IMG/VR virus record: IMGVR_UViG_3300030330_004956
Location: 32,001-96,000 of that record
From: a virus
Taxonomy: Duplodnaviria > Caudoviricetes
DNA: 64,000 nucleotides
Direction: 5' to 3' (one strand)
The notes under the pieces: model-generated
Database searches by the model: none
Told to the model about the DNA's origin: nothing
Seen by the model: the letters and a program-made list of their open reading frames with translations, nothing else
Shown: piece by piece, positions 1 to 10,229 of the stretch
Position numbering within the stretch: position 1 is the first letter of the stretch
Layout of the letters: each line of letters starts with the position of its first letter
Made by a program: the position numbers and the translations under genes

Positions 1-1702
1 CCTTTCTGAATTGAAAGCGGATGACACAATAACAAAAGAATTGTTGGGCGTCAACACAATCATAACAAACAATAATAAAACTAAAAAGAGCTTCAAGTCA
101 TTAAAGAAAGTTATTTCAATGCCTCCTGCTGGCTTGAAAAAGCCTAAATCTGTCGGAGACTTCCAAGTTGGCGGATTCACGGGAGTCACAAAGAAATTTG
201 ATCTTATTCCACCGCGCCCCGCTGTACAAACTCAGCCTAGCACCGCTTCATATACTCAGTTTGAACCAATGTTCGTCCGCGCAGCAATCAGATTTAACCA
301 AGGTGCCCCAACACAATCTGCTAATCAACTCTATAATACTGATAACTTTGCCAGTATGAGCCAATACGCTCCACAAAATGAAAACAATATTGCAGGTAAT
401 GCATCAACTGTTAGATGGGGACAATACATGCATACTGAAGGGGTTCACCAGTTAACTAAGTCTTTAGCTGATCTAGTTGGGTTCAGTCAGCAAAAAGTTA
501 AAATGGGCGTTACCGCCGAAGCAAGAATTATCAGAGAAGCTGTAGTTGCAATTCCATACGTACAAGAAGGCGGAGTGAGAAATTATCTTAATTTGAATAA
601 GCCGGCGGTAGATAAATATCTTTTCGCCAAGGGCTACACGCGCTTTGACAGAACAACAGAGCGAGGGCAAAAGATGGATCCACCAGTAGGAGCCGATGTT
701 ATTGATGATATCGAAACAGCTTTGGGTGGTGATACATCTCCAGATTCCTTTAGTGATCCAAGAGACTTGGTGCATTCATCTGTGAAAAGACAGATTTCCA
801 AAATGAGACAATATAGTTTACCGCCACATTTGGATTTCGTCAAATTTAATATTAACCCAGTCGCAATGTATTTCTTTGAATTTAAGAAAGAACTAAACAG
901 GCAAGAACTAAATGACTTGTGGCAAGGCGTGAGATCAAAATCTCTAACGTCTGTAAAATTTGATACTAAGAGTGTCACCCACATTCTACGTCCAGAAGCG
1001 CTTCTGGGTTCTTTGAATGGGCAAGGAGTCGGCAGAAATGTATATGCAGACGCTGATAAACTTAAAAACTTAAAATGGTTGGTGTTCAAAGTCAAAGAAA
1101 AGGCAAATACCAGCTACACCAAAAAGATGGAATCCGATCTTGGTGATCCTAGATTCAAGTTTGATTTACAAAACAGTGAACAGGAAGAAGTCAACTATGG
1201 ATATAACTGGCCGTATGATTACTTCTCGTTGGTAGAAAATGCGAAACTATCTGTCGAGATTGATATGAGATACATACCAGATACCACACCCGGTAAAGAG
1301 TTTACTCCACCAAACCCGGATGATTATGATGATGATATTGAACAACAATATGATGGAATTATCGAAGATCCAGTTGCGCCACTGGAAGATTCAGAGACTC
1401 CCTATAAAGGCTATCAGGTTGAAAGCGTAGAGGACGATACGCCAACAGGCACCCTGCTAGCCAGCGGCATGGAGTATGGTACCGTAAATGATCTCTATGG
1501 TGATCCTGAAGATGACACCGGTGGCGGAGGTGGCACCGGAGGTGGCACAACTGTAGGATTCCGTAGTTTAGTTGACATTGAGATCGATGATCCGGCGAGT
1601 ATTACGCCATCAGTGCAGGGCTCTGGCGGAGGCGCTGGTTACGGTGGCTCTGGTGGTGGTGGCGTAGGACAAGGCTCAGATGGCGTTGATGATGATTACT
1701 AG
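1..1702 (+). CDS. Large virion/baseplate-region protein, 5'-truncated by window edge
   Basis: Frame is open from the window start; C-terminal YGYNWPYDYFSLVE block followed by an acidic/Gly-rich tail; sits in a structural cluster. Confidence 0.5.
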   Translation, partial: LSELKADDTITKELLGVNTIITNNNKTKKSFKSLKKVISMPPAGLKKPKSVGDFQVGGFTGVTKKFDLIPPRPAVQTQPSTASYTQFEPMFVRAAIRFNQGAPTQSANQLYNTDNFASMSQYAPQNENNIAGNASTVRWGQYMHTEGVHQLTKSLADLVGFSQQKVKMGVTAEARIIREAVVAIPYVQEGGVRNYLNLNKPAVDKYLFAKGYTRFDRTTERGQKMDPPVGADVIDDIETALGGDTSPDSFSDPRDLVHSSVKRQISKMRQYSLPPHLDFVKFNINPVAMYFFEFKKELNRQELNDLWQGVRSKSLTSVKFDTKSVTHILRPEALLGSLNGQGVGRNVYADADKLKNLKWLVFKVKEKANTSYTKKMESDLGDPRFKFDLQNSEQEEVNYGYNWPYDYFSLVENAKLSVEIDMRYIPDTTPGKEFTPPNPDDYDDDIEQQYDGIIEDPVAPLEDSETPYKGYQVESVEDDTPTGTLLASGMEYGTVNDLYGDPEDDTGGGGGTGGGTTVGFRSLVDIEIDDPASITPSVQGSGGGAGYGGSGGGGVGQGSDGVDDDY

Positions 1703-1713
1703 GAGGGGTTACA

Positions 1714-2727
1714 ATGACATTTTTTGATAAAAAAGAAGAAGTATTAGAGATTAAACTTAGTTCCCATGGGAAACAAAAATTAGCAGCCGGCACTTTTAAG
1801 CCAGTTTATTATGCTTTTTTCGATGATGATGTGCTATATGATGGCGCCCGAGGTGGCATCACAGAAGATAATAATAATATTGAGCCAAGGATCCAAGAAA
1901 ATACACCCTCCACAAGAGTACAAACGAGCTTTGTAGATTTAGAGGAATTAGTCATGAGACAAACCCATGACTTAACAGCGGCTGGAGTGTATCACGAATC
2001 GAATGTTTCCGACTTAAAATTGGATCCAACGGTGTTTAAGGATTACGATGGATTAAGAAATGTTTTGCCGTTAGGAAATTCTCAACTAGGAAATAGAAAT
2101 GTAGCCTCTTGGAGAGTTGAGTTTTTAGAAGGAAATTTTCATACTTCCAAGGCTTTGATAAATGACGACTTGGAAAAGAAACCAATCGTCAATATACCAC
2201 AAATTGAATCTAATCTTACCGTACAGCCTTTTTTGGTAGAAAAAGATTTTACAGGAGTCGTCGATCCGGAAACAGGTAGATATGTTGTGTTAAACAGCGA
2301 GAACAATCATTTTATAAGATTGGAAAATGATTATATATTACTAGACGTCTCAGAAGCAAATGTAGATTTGTTAAATGATTCTTTTACGTTAGAAATTTAT
2401 GAAGTAAAAACAGAAGATGGTAAAGAGGTTTTATCTCCAAAATTATTTAAAAAAGAGGTACAACAAGTTGTAAATGACTTGCTGATCGATCCCGATGAAC
2501 TTATGCAACAAATAAACTCTTTCAATGTTCCGATAGATTCAAATTTTGCAGAATATTATTTTTCTATAGCAAAAGATGATGAAATCGATGGTAAAACTAA
2601 ATTTGACAAAATAGTATCCAGAGAATCCAAGGGCAACTTGTACGATAACACTGTTGGATATGAAGAGTTCACACAAAAGCCCGGCGGAGAGCTATATACT
2701 TCTGATAATGATGGAGATAATTGTTAA
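1714..2727 (+). CDS. Putative baseplate/virion structural protein
   Basis: SD aggagg; N-terminal 'IKLSSHGKQKLAAG...YAFFDDDVLY' resembles the N-terminus of 7592 (tail-collar/DUF3751-like). Confidence 0.5.
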   Translation: MTFFDKKEEVLEIKLSSHGKQKLAAGTFKPVYYAFFDDDVLYDGARGGITEDNNNIEPRIQENTPSTRVQTSFVDLEELVMRQTHDLTAAGVYHESNVSDLKLDPTVFKDYDGLRNVLPLGNSQLGNRNVASWRVEFLEGNFHTSKALINDDLEKKPIVNIPQIESNLTVQPFLVEKDFTGVVDPETGRYVVLNSENNHFIRLENDYILLDVSEANVDLLNDSFTLEIYEVKTEDGKEVLSPKLFKKEVQQVVNDLLIDPDELMQQINSFNVPIDSNFAEYYFSIAKDDEIDGKTKFDKIVSRESKGNLYDNTVGYEEFTQKPGGELYTSDNDGDNC

Positions 2728-5618
2728 TGGCTAGATGTACGTTAGATGATTTGGTACCTTCCGTTAGGTGTAACAGGGTTTTTCTTGAGCCAATTTCTTC
2801 AATTAGTGAATCAGAAACACAATCTTTTGTTTCTGGGGTTTACAGTGTTTCGTTTGATCTGTCGGTTTATGATATTGTAGATGATGAAAACGGAATAGCA
2901 AACTACTTGTTGACGGATAAGTTCAAAAACCAAATTAAATATAAGTTAATATATTGTAGAGATGACTCTTTTAAAGAATTATGTGATTTGTTTAAGTCAA
3001 ATAGAGCTATACCTCCATCCATTCAATCGTATTTATTGTCACAACTAGCTTTTAACGAAGCAGTCGAAGCTGTAAAGTCTAAAGAAGCAGACACACGAAC
3101 AATGCTTAATTATATAATGGATAACTTGACTCTGCCCGGAAAAGATTATCTCAAAGAAACTTCATTTTATAATAAAGTGGTAGAAAAATTAACAGCATTT
3201 TATAATTCTGATTGTGACATTAAGCCGGGATTTACGGACATTCCTTCGGAATCACATGGTGCAAGATTTTTCAACGACAAAGGACAGATTGAATATGATC
3301 TTAAAATACCTTTAGGATCCGTCGTATACGAAAATAGCACTAGTGTTAAAGATTGTTACTTGTATATAATTCCTTCATATGATCTAGTGGAGGCATATTC
3401 TGAATTAGGCTTTGAACAAGCGATTTTCGAAAACATGATCGACGAAGAAGCAATGAAATTTTTCTTCAAAGAAGTCCATCGCTGCCCCGTACTGATAAAT
3501 AAAAAGCCAGCAAACGACACCGTACAAGATTTCAGACTCGTGGAGAGAATAGCAGAAATAATGGACATTGACAGAATTACTGATTACGATGCTACCGTTG
3601 ATAAAATTTCTTCTGTGTCTGATTCTTATAAGACTAATCAAATTAATATAACAAGTCAGTTGTTCAATTCTTTTGTTGGTAGCTCCAAGGAATTATATAT
3701 CATAAGTTCATTTTATTTGAATACAAAAATGTTGTTAATACAAAATTCAAAATTTCCTTTTATATACAAAAATTTATATGAGCCAAAAGAAGGATCCGCA
3801 TTGTCAGGACAATCGGAAGAATCTCAAACCATTCGAGCGCTTATGGCAGAGTTGGTGTCCAAATATTTTAATATTGATAAAATGTCGATATTTAGAGAAA
3901 GAGTTGACGAACCCGGCGAGTCTGTAAGGATTGCATTCGACTCACAGATTTCTGCAATGGAGATAATGGATGACAATGTTGGATATTCATTTGTAGACAA
4001 CGATTTTAAAAACATTGATTCTGGTGAATACAAATACAGAATGGAATTAGAACTTCATGATCCAATGGAAAATGTAGTCGAAGAGTTGGTTTTAGATGTT
4101 AAGAAATTTTCTAATCGCTTCAAAAAAGCATTAAAGTATATCAATAATTCAAATAGTACAAATAACCAAGGAATTAAAGCTTCTTACAATGAAATGAGAG
4201 ATGAACTGAGCCAACATACTATAAACGAAATACTATCTCAAAACCCACCAACCAGTGCAGAATTGAAAAAAGAATTTCTTTCTTTCCAGACATTGTTTGC
4301 ATTTTTTACAGGAGAATTGTTTAGTACGGTGTCAACTGCAATGATTGATTTACAAAAAGTTTTTAGAAGCAGAAAGCTTATGGTAAACATTCATAGGGTG
4401 GTTGAAGACATGCTTTTTGAGGTTCAGAAATATTATGAAACAAAAGATGTCACAAATGCTTCATTAAGTTCAAATAAGCCATCATCGTATATTTTCGTCA
4501 ATAAAGTGTGGAGTAACACAGTAAAAGCTAAACAACAAACTAAAATGATTCTGGATTTAATTGGAAAAGATCAATATGTTTTAAACGAAAGTGCATATGC
4601 TGAACAAAACCATCGCGAGGCATCGGCACACTACGGAGATCAAGTTGGTAATGAATTTGGTAGAACCAAAAATATTGGATGCTTTACGCCTAAAATGTTA
4701 GATGATCAACCAATTTATCAAGGAACAACGCAAAATGCATTTTTAGCTAAATTGTCATTAGATCTTTTGGAGATGCCAATTACAAGCCCTAGGCACAAAA
4801 AAGTAATTGAAGATTTCTTTGGCGGCACAAAGCCAGAGTATTCCGAAGAAGAAATGAAAAATAATTATGGAGCCTTCGAGACAATGTTGACAAATTTGGG
4901 AGTAACAATTACAAATACAACATTGAAAAAATTTGAGTTTCAAAGTAAAATGCGAGGCGAAACAGCCCAAAATCCAGCATCTTATGGTATTGAAGATGGC
5001 TCAAATGTTGATACATCGTTAGAGATCGGAGGCATTGCTGAGTTTGAGCCAACTATTATACCAGCCGATGAAGAGCTTCTGGCTGAACAAGATACTGGCA
5101 ATACCGCAGTTTCTCATGCATTCTACAGTGAGTTTTTGAAAAAAGAAGACTTAGCGTCTAAAATTGTATGTAGGGGAAGTGGCTATAACGCGTTTGATAG
5201 ATTAGAGTTTACTCAGGGCGCCATTAGAAAATCTTTTCAGCCTTCGTATATTTCTTTCTATACTCACTTTCATGAGGCACCCAGAAGAGCCCAGCCACTA
5301 CATTTTGAAGGAGAAAGAATAGTCAACTTGATGCTTCAATCTCACGCAAACGAAACAGAACCTATTGTGTCAAAAGTAAAAAGTAGATTATTATTGGATA
5401 ATACCTTTTTGGTGTATTACTTACATAGCTTTGATAAGAATATGCAACCTCAATGGCGCCATCTTGTAGACTACTCCATGTTTGAAAATCAGTTTGAGAA
5501 AGGGAGAGAAAGAGTACTTTGCAAATTAAAGAGGTATCAATCTTCTATGGCAAACATTGGACAAGGCGCTTTATCTGATCGAGACATATTTTTAGAATAT
5601 TTTTATTTGCGAAGATAG
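2727..5618 (+). CDS. Large hypothetical protein, probably virion-associated
   Basis: ~963 aa ORF; ATG overlaps the upstream stop (TAATG). Confidence 0.45.
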   Translation: MARCTLDDLVPSVRCNRVFLEPISSISESETQSFVSGVYSVSFDLSVYDIVDDENGIANYLLTDKFKNQIKYKLIYCRDDSFKELCDLFKSNRAIPPSIQSYLLSQLAFNEAVEAVKSKEADTRTMLNYIMDNLTLPGKDYLKETSFYNKVVEKLTAFYNSDCDIKPGFTDIPSESHGARFFNDKGQIEYDLKIPLGSVVYENSTSVKDCYLYIIPSYDLVEAYSELGFEQAIFENMIDEEAMKFFFKEVHRCPVLINKKPANDTVQDFRLVERIAEIMDIDRITDYDATVDKISSVSDSYKTNQINITSQLFNSFVGSSKELYIISSFYLNTKMLLIQNSKFPFIYKNLYEPKEGSALSGQSEESQTIRALMAELVSKYFNIDKMSIFRERVDEPGESVRIAFDSQISAMEIMDDNVGYSFVDNDFKNIDSGEYKYRMELELHDPMENVVEELVLDVKKFSNRFKKALKYINNSNSTNNQGIKASYNEMRDELSQHTINEILSQNPPTSAELKKEFLSFQTLFAFFTGELFSTVSTAMIDLQKVFRSRKLMVNIHRVVEDMLFEVQKYYETKDVTNASLSSNKPSSYIFVNKVWSNTVKAKQQTKMILDLIGKDQYVLNESAYAEQNHREASAHYGDQVGNEFGRTKNIGCFTPKMLDDQPIYQGTTQNAFLAKLSLDLLEMPITSPRHKKVIEDFFGGTKPEYSEEEMKNNYGAFETMLTNLGVTITNTTLKKFEFQSKMRGETAQNPASYGIEDGSNVDTSLEIGGIAEFEPTIIPADEELLAEQDTGNTAVSHAFYSEFLKKEDLASKIVCRGSGYNAFDRLEFTQGAIRKSFQPSYISFYTHFHEAPRRAQPLHFEGERIVNLMLQSHANETEPIVSKVKSRLLLDNTFLVYYLHSFDKNMQPQWRHLVDYSMFENQFEKGRERVLCKLKRYQSSMANIGQGALSDRDIFLEYFYLRR

Positions 5619-5643
5619 CCTATTTACTGAAAAGGACAATATA

Positions 5644-7536
5644 ATGAAAACAGCTACTTTCAATGACATTGATACCATTAATTTTGTAGACAACAAATTA
5701 GTGGAATATAAAATTAGAAATCACCGGTATCCTTTGCCCACACCCAGATCTGAATTGTACAGTAAACTTTTGGTAGAGCGTGATGCTAGAAATCCCGAAT
5801 CATTGTTGGAGCCAGAGCAAGGTAGTATTTTGTCGGCAGATGTAGATTACGAGTATAATTATTACGTTCCAAGATATGAACAATTGGGTGCAATACCCGG
5901 TGTTTCTAGGGCAACTCAAATACTACCAGATTTGAATATGTTTCTTGCCTATGAAGAAGATTATCTAGATATAGATCAGAGAAAAGACTTTAATACATTG
6001 TTTACTGCGTTTAATACATTGCCCGATGATTTCACGGGACGCCATCTTTTGAGTAGAGACTATTTTGTAGATTTTGGTTTCGCCGTTTCTAAACTGTCTG
6101 ACGATGAACGAATTATCCAATCAACTCGAAATACTACGTTTGTTAATAAAAAGATGAGAGATTTGTATCTAGATAACGAAAATAAAAGAGAGATGTTTCC
6201 ATATTTTGGCAAAATTTCCATTGAAGGATTTGCAGATTCTGAGGTAGCTAGCATATTACAAACTCACAAGCTTGATAAAAGGTTTTGCGAGTATCTTGCG
6301 ATGCACAGAGAAGATCACTCTAAAGACGCTACATATGTAATAGTGCCTTCTGACAAGCCAACCCCGATTGTTAGAAATGTAAAATATTACTCTCTGCTAG
6401 ATTTATATACTCATCTAGATGATAATCATGGCGGCGGACAAACTTATGAAGTAGCGCAAACCACAGATAGTACCTGTGCATACTTTGAAAATTTTCTATT
6501 GGGTACCATGGCAAGAAATAGATTTGAAAAATACATTGAATCTAGCGAAGTTGGAACATCTACCCCGGTTGCTTTTAGGTTGGAAAAGTATGACAAAAGT
6601 ACTTTTATTTCATCTCACTATTTCTTCAATTATGAAGAAATGTCAAATTTTAAATTCTTTGATACACAGGTTCACTACGATCATGTATATGAATATAGAG
6701 TAAATATAATAAACTCAGTGGTAGCCGAAGAAGCGTCTACGGGCAAAAAGCATTTGATATTTTTAGAAGAATTTTTCTACAAAGATGATTTTTACATTCT
6801 TGATTCTCCGCCAATTCCGCCGGATATAGAATTAATAACTTATCGCGGCGTAAGTGATAAGCTGCTGATACTATTTAATCAAATGATAGACAAGCGGGCA
6901 ATGGTACCAATCTATATAAACGAATCAGATCTCCTAACATTTGAGCGACAGTACCAAGCTCAAAAGATAGATAAGCCAGATCCGATTGTGTTTGAGAGTG
7001 ATGATCCAACTAACTTTGAACTTTTCAAATGCATGAAGCACCCATCAAGCTATTCAGAGTTTGCAAATCCGTTTTACAAAATTATATATTCTGATGAAAT
7101 GACTGCTGCATCCTATACAGATACGATTATTCCTAACCAAACGTACTATTACATGTTTAGGGCTTTGGATATGCACGGATTTTGCTCAAATCCTTCTCCT
7201 ATTTATGAGTTTACTCTAATTAAAGAGGGAGAGACAATGTATCCAAGAATTAGAACAGTTGAACTTGCAAAGCCAGATCCTCCAGTACAGAAATCTAAAG
7301 ATTTTAAAAAATATATTAAGATCGGCTTTGCACCAGAGCAAATGCAATTAGATCCAGATAGCATTAGTCTGACAGCGGCTACAAATATAGTTGGCAAACA
7401 TATAGCCATCGGCACTAGAGAAGAAAGAATAGTTGGTTCTAATAGAAAGTTTAAATTTAGAATCAGAAGTAAAAATACTGGTAAATTGATTGACATTAAT
7501 GTAACTTTTAAAAAGAATAAGGTAATTAAAGCATAA
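5644..7536 (+). CDS. Hypothetical virion protein, possibly with FnIII/Ig-like C-terminal domains
   Basis: 630 aa; 'YEYRVNII' and 'YTDTIIPNQTYYYMFRALD...SNPS' resemble FnIII patterns; late-promoter motif upstream. Confidence 0.45.
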   Translation: MKTATFNDIDTINFVDNKLVEYKIRNHRYPLPTPRSELYSKLLVERDARNPESLLEPEQGSILSADVDYEYNYYVPRYEQLGAIPGVSRATQILPDLNMFLAYEEDYLDIDQRKDFNTLFTAFNTLPDDFTGRHLLSRDYFVDFGFAVSKLSDDERIIQSTRNTTFVNKKMRDLYLDNENKREMFPYFGKISIEGFADSEVASILQTHKLDKRFCEYLAMHREDHSKDATYVIVPSDKPTPIVRNVKYYSLLDLYTHLDDNHGGGQTYEVAQTTDSTCAYFENFLLGTMARNRFEKYIESSEVGTSTPVAFRLEKYDKSTFISSHYFFNYEEMSNFKFFDTQVHYDHVYEYRVNIINSVVAEEASTGKKHLIFLEEFFYKDDFYILDSPPIPPDIELITYRGVSDKLLILFNQMIDKRAMVPIYINESDLLTFERQYQAQKIDKPDPIVFESDDPTNFELFKCMKHPSSYSEFANPFYKIIYSDEMTAASYTDTIIPNQTYYYMFRALDMHGFCSNPSPIYEFTLIKEGETMYPRIRTVELAKPDPPVQKSKDFKKYIKIGFAPEQMQLDPDSISLTAATNIVGKHIAIGTREERIVGSNRKFKFRIRSKNTGKLIDINVTFKKNKVIKA

Positions 7537-7549
7537 ATGGTGACAATTC

Positions 7550-7558
7550 ACTATTTAT
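7550..7558 (+). promoter_or_regulatory. Late promoter motif ACTATTTAT
   Basis: Intergenic, before 7592. Confidence 0.65.
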
Positions 7559-7591
7559 GATAAAACACGATAAACTTGAGAGGAACGAAAT

Positions 7592-8494
7592 ATGGGTTTT
7601 TTAGATAATTCTGGCGACATAATTTTAGATGCCGTCTTGACAGATACAGGCAGAAAGAGATTAGCCAGAGGTGATGGAAGCTTTAAGGTTTCTAAATTCG
7701 CTTTGGGCGATGAAGAAATTAACTATGGGCTTTACAACAAGGCTCATGCAAGTGGTTCTGCGTTTTATGATTTAGAGATTTTGCAAACTCCTGTGCTCGA
7801 AGCGTTTACAAACAACACCAGTACTATGAAATCAAAATTGATTACCATTTCTAGAACAAACATTTTATACTTACCAGTGGTTAAGCTGAACGAATCCCTC
7901 GCAGGAGCTACTAGAAATACCACTCACGGCAGTTATTTTTTAATCGCCGTCGATGAACTTTCCAGAAATCAATTGATTAATACGGATAGCGTCGGCGGAG
8001 TAATCGATGGATTTGAACCAAATCAAGACTCTTCTCATGTTGTGTTTGATCAGGGACTAGACACTACAGAAATCAGTAAGGACAGAGCAATTGATCCAGA
8101 CTTAGTTGAAACGCAATATATTATTCAGATGGATCACCGCTTAGGGAGATTGACTTCAAAAGATGGTACTCAGATGGCTCACTCATTTATTGACGATGAT
8201 AACATAGCAACATATTATGTTACAACTACCGCAGATCTCGTCACCACTATGAACGAAGGACAATCTGATTCTAGCCTTGGCGGCCCGAGAGGCACCAGAC
8301 TGTCATTAAAAATTAGAGCCTCACAAGAGTTAGAAACAAGCGTCTTTTTGTTCAATCAGATTGGACTATCAAGTAATATAAACTACGGCGCATCAGCGAC
8401 TCCCTATCGGGTAATCGACACAAACATTAGAATTATGGGAGGAACAACAGGCTATTCGTTGGATCTTCCAGTTAGATATCTCAAGAAAGCATAA
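7592..8494 (+). CDS. Baseplate/tail-collar-like structural protein
   Basis: 'DAVLTDTGRKRLARG...KFALGDEEINY' resembles the N-terminal half of DUF3751-type tail-collar proteins. Confidence 0.55.
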   Translation: MGFLDNSGDIILDAVLTDTGRKRLARGDGSFKVSKFALGDEEINYGLYNKAHASGSAFYDLEILQTPVLEAFTNNTSTMKSKLITISRTNILYLPVVKLNESLAGATRNTTHGSYFLIAVDELSRNQLINTDSVGGVIDGFEPNQDSSHVVFDQGLDTTEISKDRAIDPDLVETQYIIQMDHRLGRLTSKDGTQMAHSFIDDDNIATYYVTTTADLVTTMNEGQSDSSLGGPRGTRLSLKIRASQELETSVFLFNQIGLSSNINYGASATPYRVIDTNIRIMGGTTGYSLDLPVRYLKKA

Positions 8495-8509
8495 AGGGTA
8501 AAATAAACT

Positions 8510-9610
8510 ATGGCTACAACTTATAAATCACTATCAACAAATGATATTGTCACCACAAAAACTTTGCTTCACGAAGCAATTCCAATTACTGGAACAATAG
8601 TTACTGGAACTTACGGCGCCGCAGGTGCCGAAAAGAATATTAAAAACTATACTCATGGCATGTTTCAGTCCGTATATGATTATCCGTTCCTAAGTTCTTC
8701 AGCGAATCATATTTTTGATATGACTGTGGGAATGCATGCAACATCAGGGCTTAGTTCTTCAACGAATACCCAGCAGGCAAAGAAGCAAAACATTTATAAC
8801 CAGATGGCTCAAGTACTTATGGGCTATGATGAAAATGGAAACATTAGGCTCTTTGATGAAGATGGAGATTTGTCTGGCGGCACAAAAATGAGATCTGTGT
8901 TTTTCATGAATTTCGCCAGATTGCTGACTAAAGATGAGATTAAAAAAGGCTCTTTTGCTATAGAAATAGGTGTTAACAGAGAACATACAGCATCTAACTC
9001 GCCAAATAAATTTAGAGTTCAGTTGGCTGATACAAATGCCCAAAACGACTATAGAGTAAATTCTCCAGCAGGAGATTACGGTATTTTGTATGCAACCGAA
9101 GCTTCCGGAACGCAGGTTCTGAAAGTAGATGATGGAACTCAAAAAGCTGGACTTATCTTTTATCAAGCTGGGATTGTTGTTATAACCGGATCACTTTTTA
9201 GTTCTGGATCGTTCACCGGCGGACTCTTGGGGAATGACTGCGATCACCCTAGGATGGATTTGGACTTCGGCCTTCGTACCACAATGGCTTCCTCATCGAT
9301 ATCCGCATCATGTGACGCTTTTAGACGCAGAATATATAATGTACAATTCAACAACACGACTGAATTAAATTCTACAGTATATTTTTGCCGCGCCCACCAC
9401 AATGAATTCAATTATTCAACGAACCCAACATATCTTTCAAGCTCCAAGATGGTTGTTAAGAATGTAGCATCAGATTCGCCTGTTAGCTATATTTCTACAG
9501 TTGGTTTATATTCATCCGACAATGAATTGCTCGCTGTTGCAAAGCTGTCCGAGCCCCTAAAGAAAGATCCATCTAACGAATTAACACTTAGGGTACGTCT
9601 AGACTACTAA
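8510..9610 (+). CDS. Baseplate/tail-collar-like structural protein
   Basis: C-terminal 'YISTVGLYSSDNELLAVAKLSEPLKK...RVRLDY' module. Confidence 0.55.
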   Translation: MATTYKSLSTNDIVTTKTLLHEAIPITGTIVTGTYGAAGAEKNIKNYTHGMFQSVYDYPFLSSSANHIFDMTVGMHATSGLSSSTNTQQAKKQNIYNQMAQVLMGYDENGNIRLFDEDGDLSGGTKMRSVFFMNFARLLTKDEIKKGSFAIEIGVNREHTASNSPNKFRVQLADTNAQNDYRVNSPAGDYGILYATEASGTQVLKVDDGTQKAGLIFYQAGIVVITGSLFSSGSFTGGLLGNDCDHPRMDLDFGLRTTMASSSISASCDAFRRRIYNVQFNNTTELNSTVYFCRAHHNEFNYSTNPTYLSSSKMVVKNVASDSPVSYISTVGLYSSDNELLAVAKLSEPLKKDPSNELTLRVRLDY

Positions 9611-9616
9611 TTCCAT

Positions 9617-9625
9617 ACTATTTAA
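9617..9625 (+). promoter_or_regulatory. Late promoter motif ACTATTTAA
   Basis: Immediately before ATG 9629. Confidence 0.55.
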
Positions 9626-9628
9626 AGC

Positions 9629-10195
9629 ATGGGGTTAAAGTTACGAGTAAATAAATATATCAAAAAGCTATCTTTTGTTAGGGCAGATTTAGAGTGGCAC
9701 AGAGAAGAGCATCAAAAAAGACTACAAACATTCTTGGATGCTAGTGTGGAATATCTTTCTGGCTCAGAATTAGAGTACAGCCATGATAAGGCTAGCAAAA
9801 ACATGATTGATGTTTATAAGAAAAAGCCAGTTGTGCAAACTCCAGACATTCAAGCGCAAACAAAAAAATTATTAAAAAAAATCTCTAGAGAAACCCACCC
9901 AGATGTAACTAAAGATGCAGAAAAGCACGCTATCTTTAGAAAAGCATTTGATGCACAGAAGCAAGGAGACTGGTTTACGATTTATGAGATATCGTCAGAC
10001 TTAGGACTAGAGCCGGTAGATTTCTCAGAAGAGCACATCGAGTGGATTAAGTTTGAAATTGACAAAGTTGTTTCTATAATTAAAGGAATTAAAACAACTC
10101 TAGAATGGCTATATGGAGAGCCAAATGCAAACAAAGAACAATTGTTGACTACTTACTGTATGGCGACGTGCGTTTCCAATAAAAAAGATGAATAA
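9629..10195 (+). CDS. J-domain (DnaJ)-like protein
   Basis: 'KKLLKKISRETHPDVTKDAEKHAIFRKA' = basic helix, HPD, helix. Confidence 0.55.
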   Translation: MGLKLRVNKYIKKLSFVRADLEWHREEHQKRLQTFLDASVEYLSGSELEYSHDKASKNMIDVYKKKPVVQTPDIQAQTKKLLKKISRETHPDVTKDAEKHAIFRKAFDAQKQGDWFTIYEISSDLGLEPVDFSEEHIEWIKFEIDKVVSIIKGIKTTLEWLYGEPNANKEQLLTTYCMATCVSNKKDE

Positions 10196-10214
10196 TTAAT
10201 GTATATTATTCGTA
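10189..10214 (+). promoter_or_regulatory. ECF-like promoter TGAATA-N16-CGTA
   Basis: Exact spacing; 15 nt before ATG 10230. Confidence 0.6.
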
Positions 10215-10229
10215 TTATTAAAGAAAATT

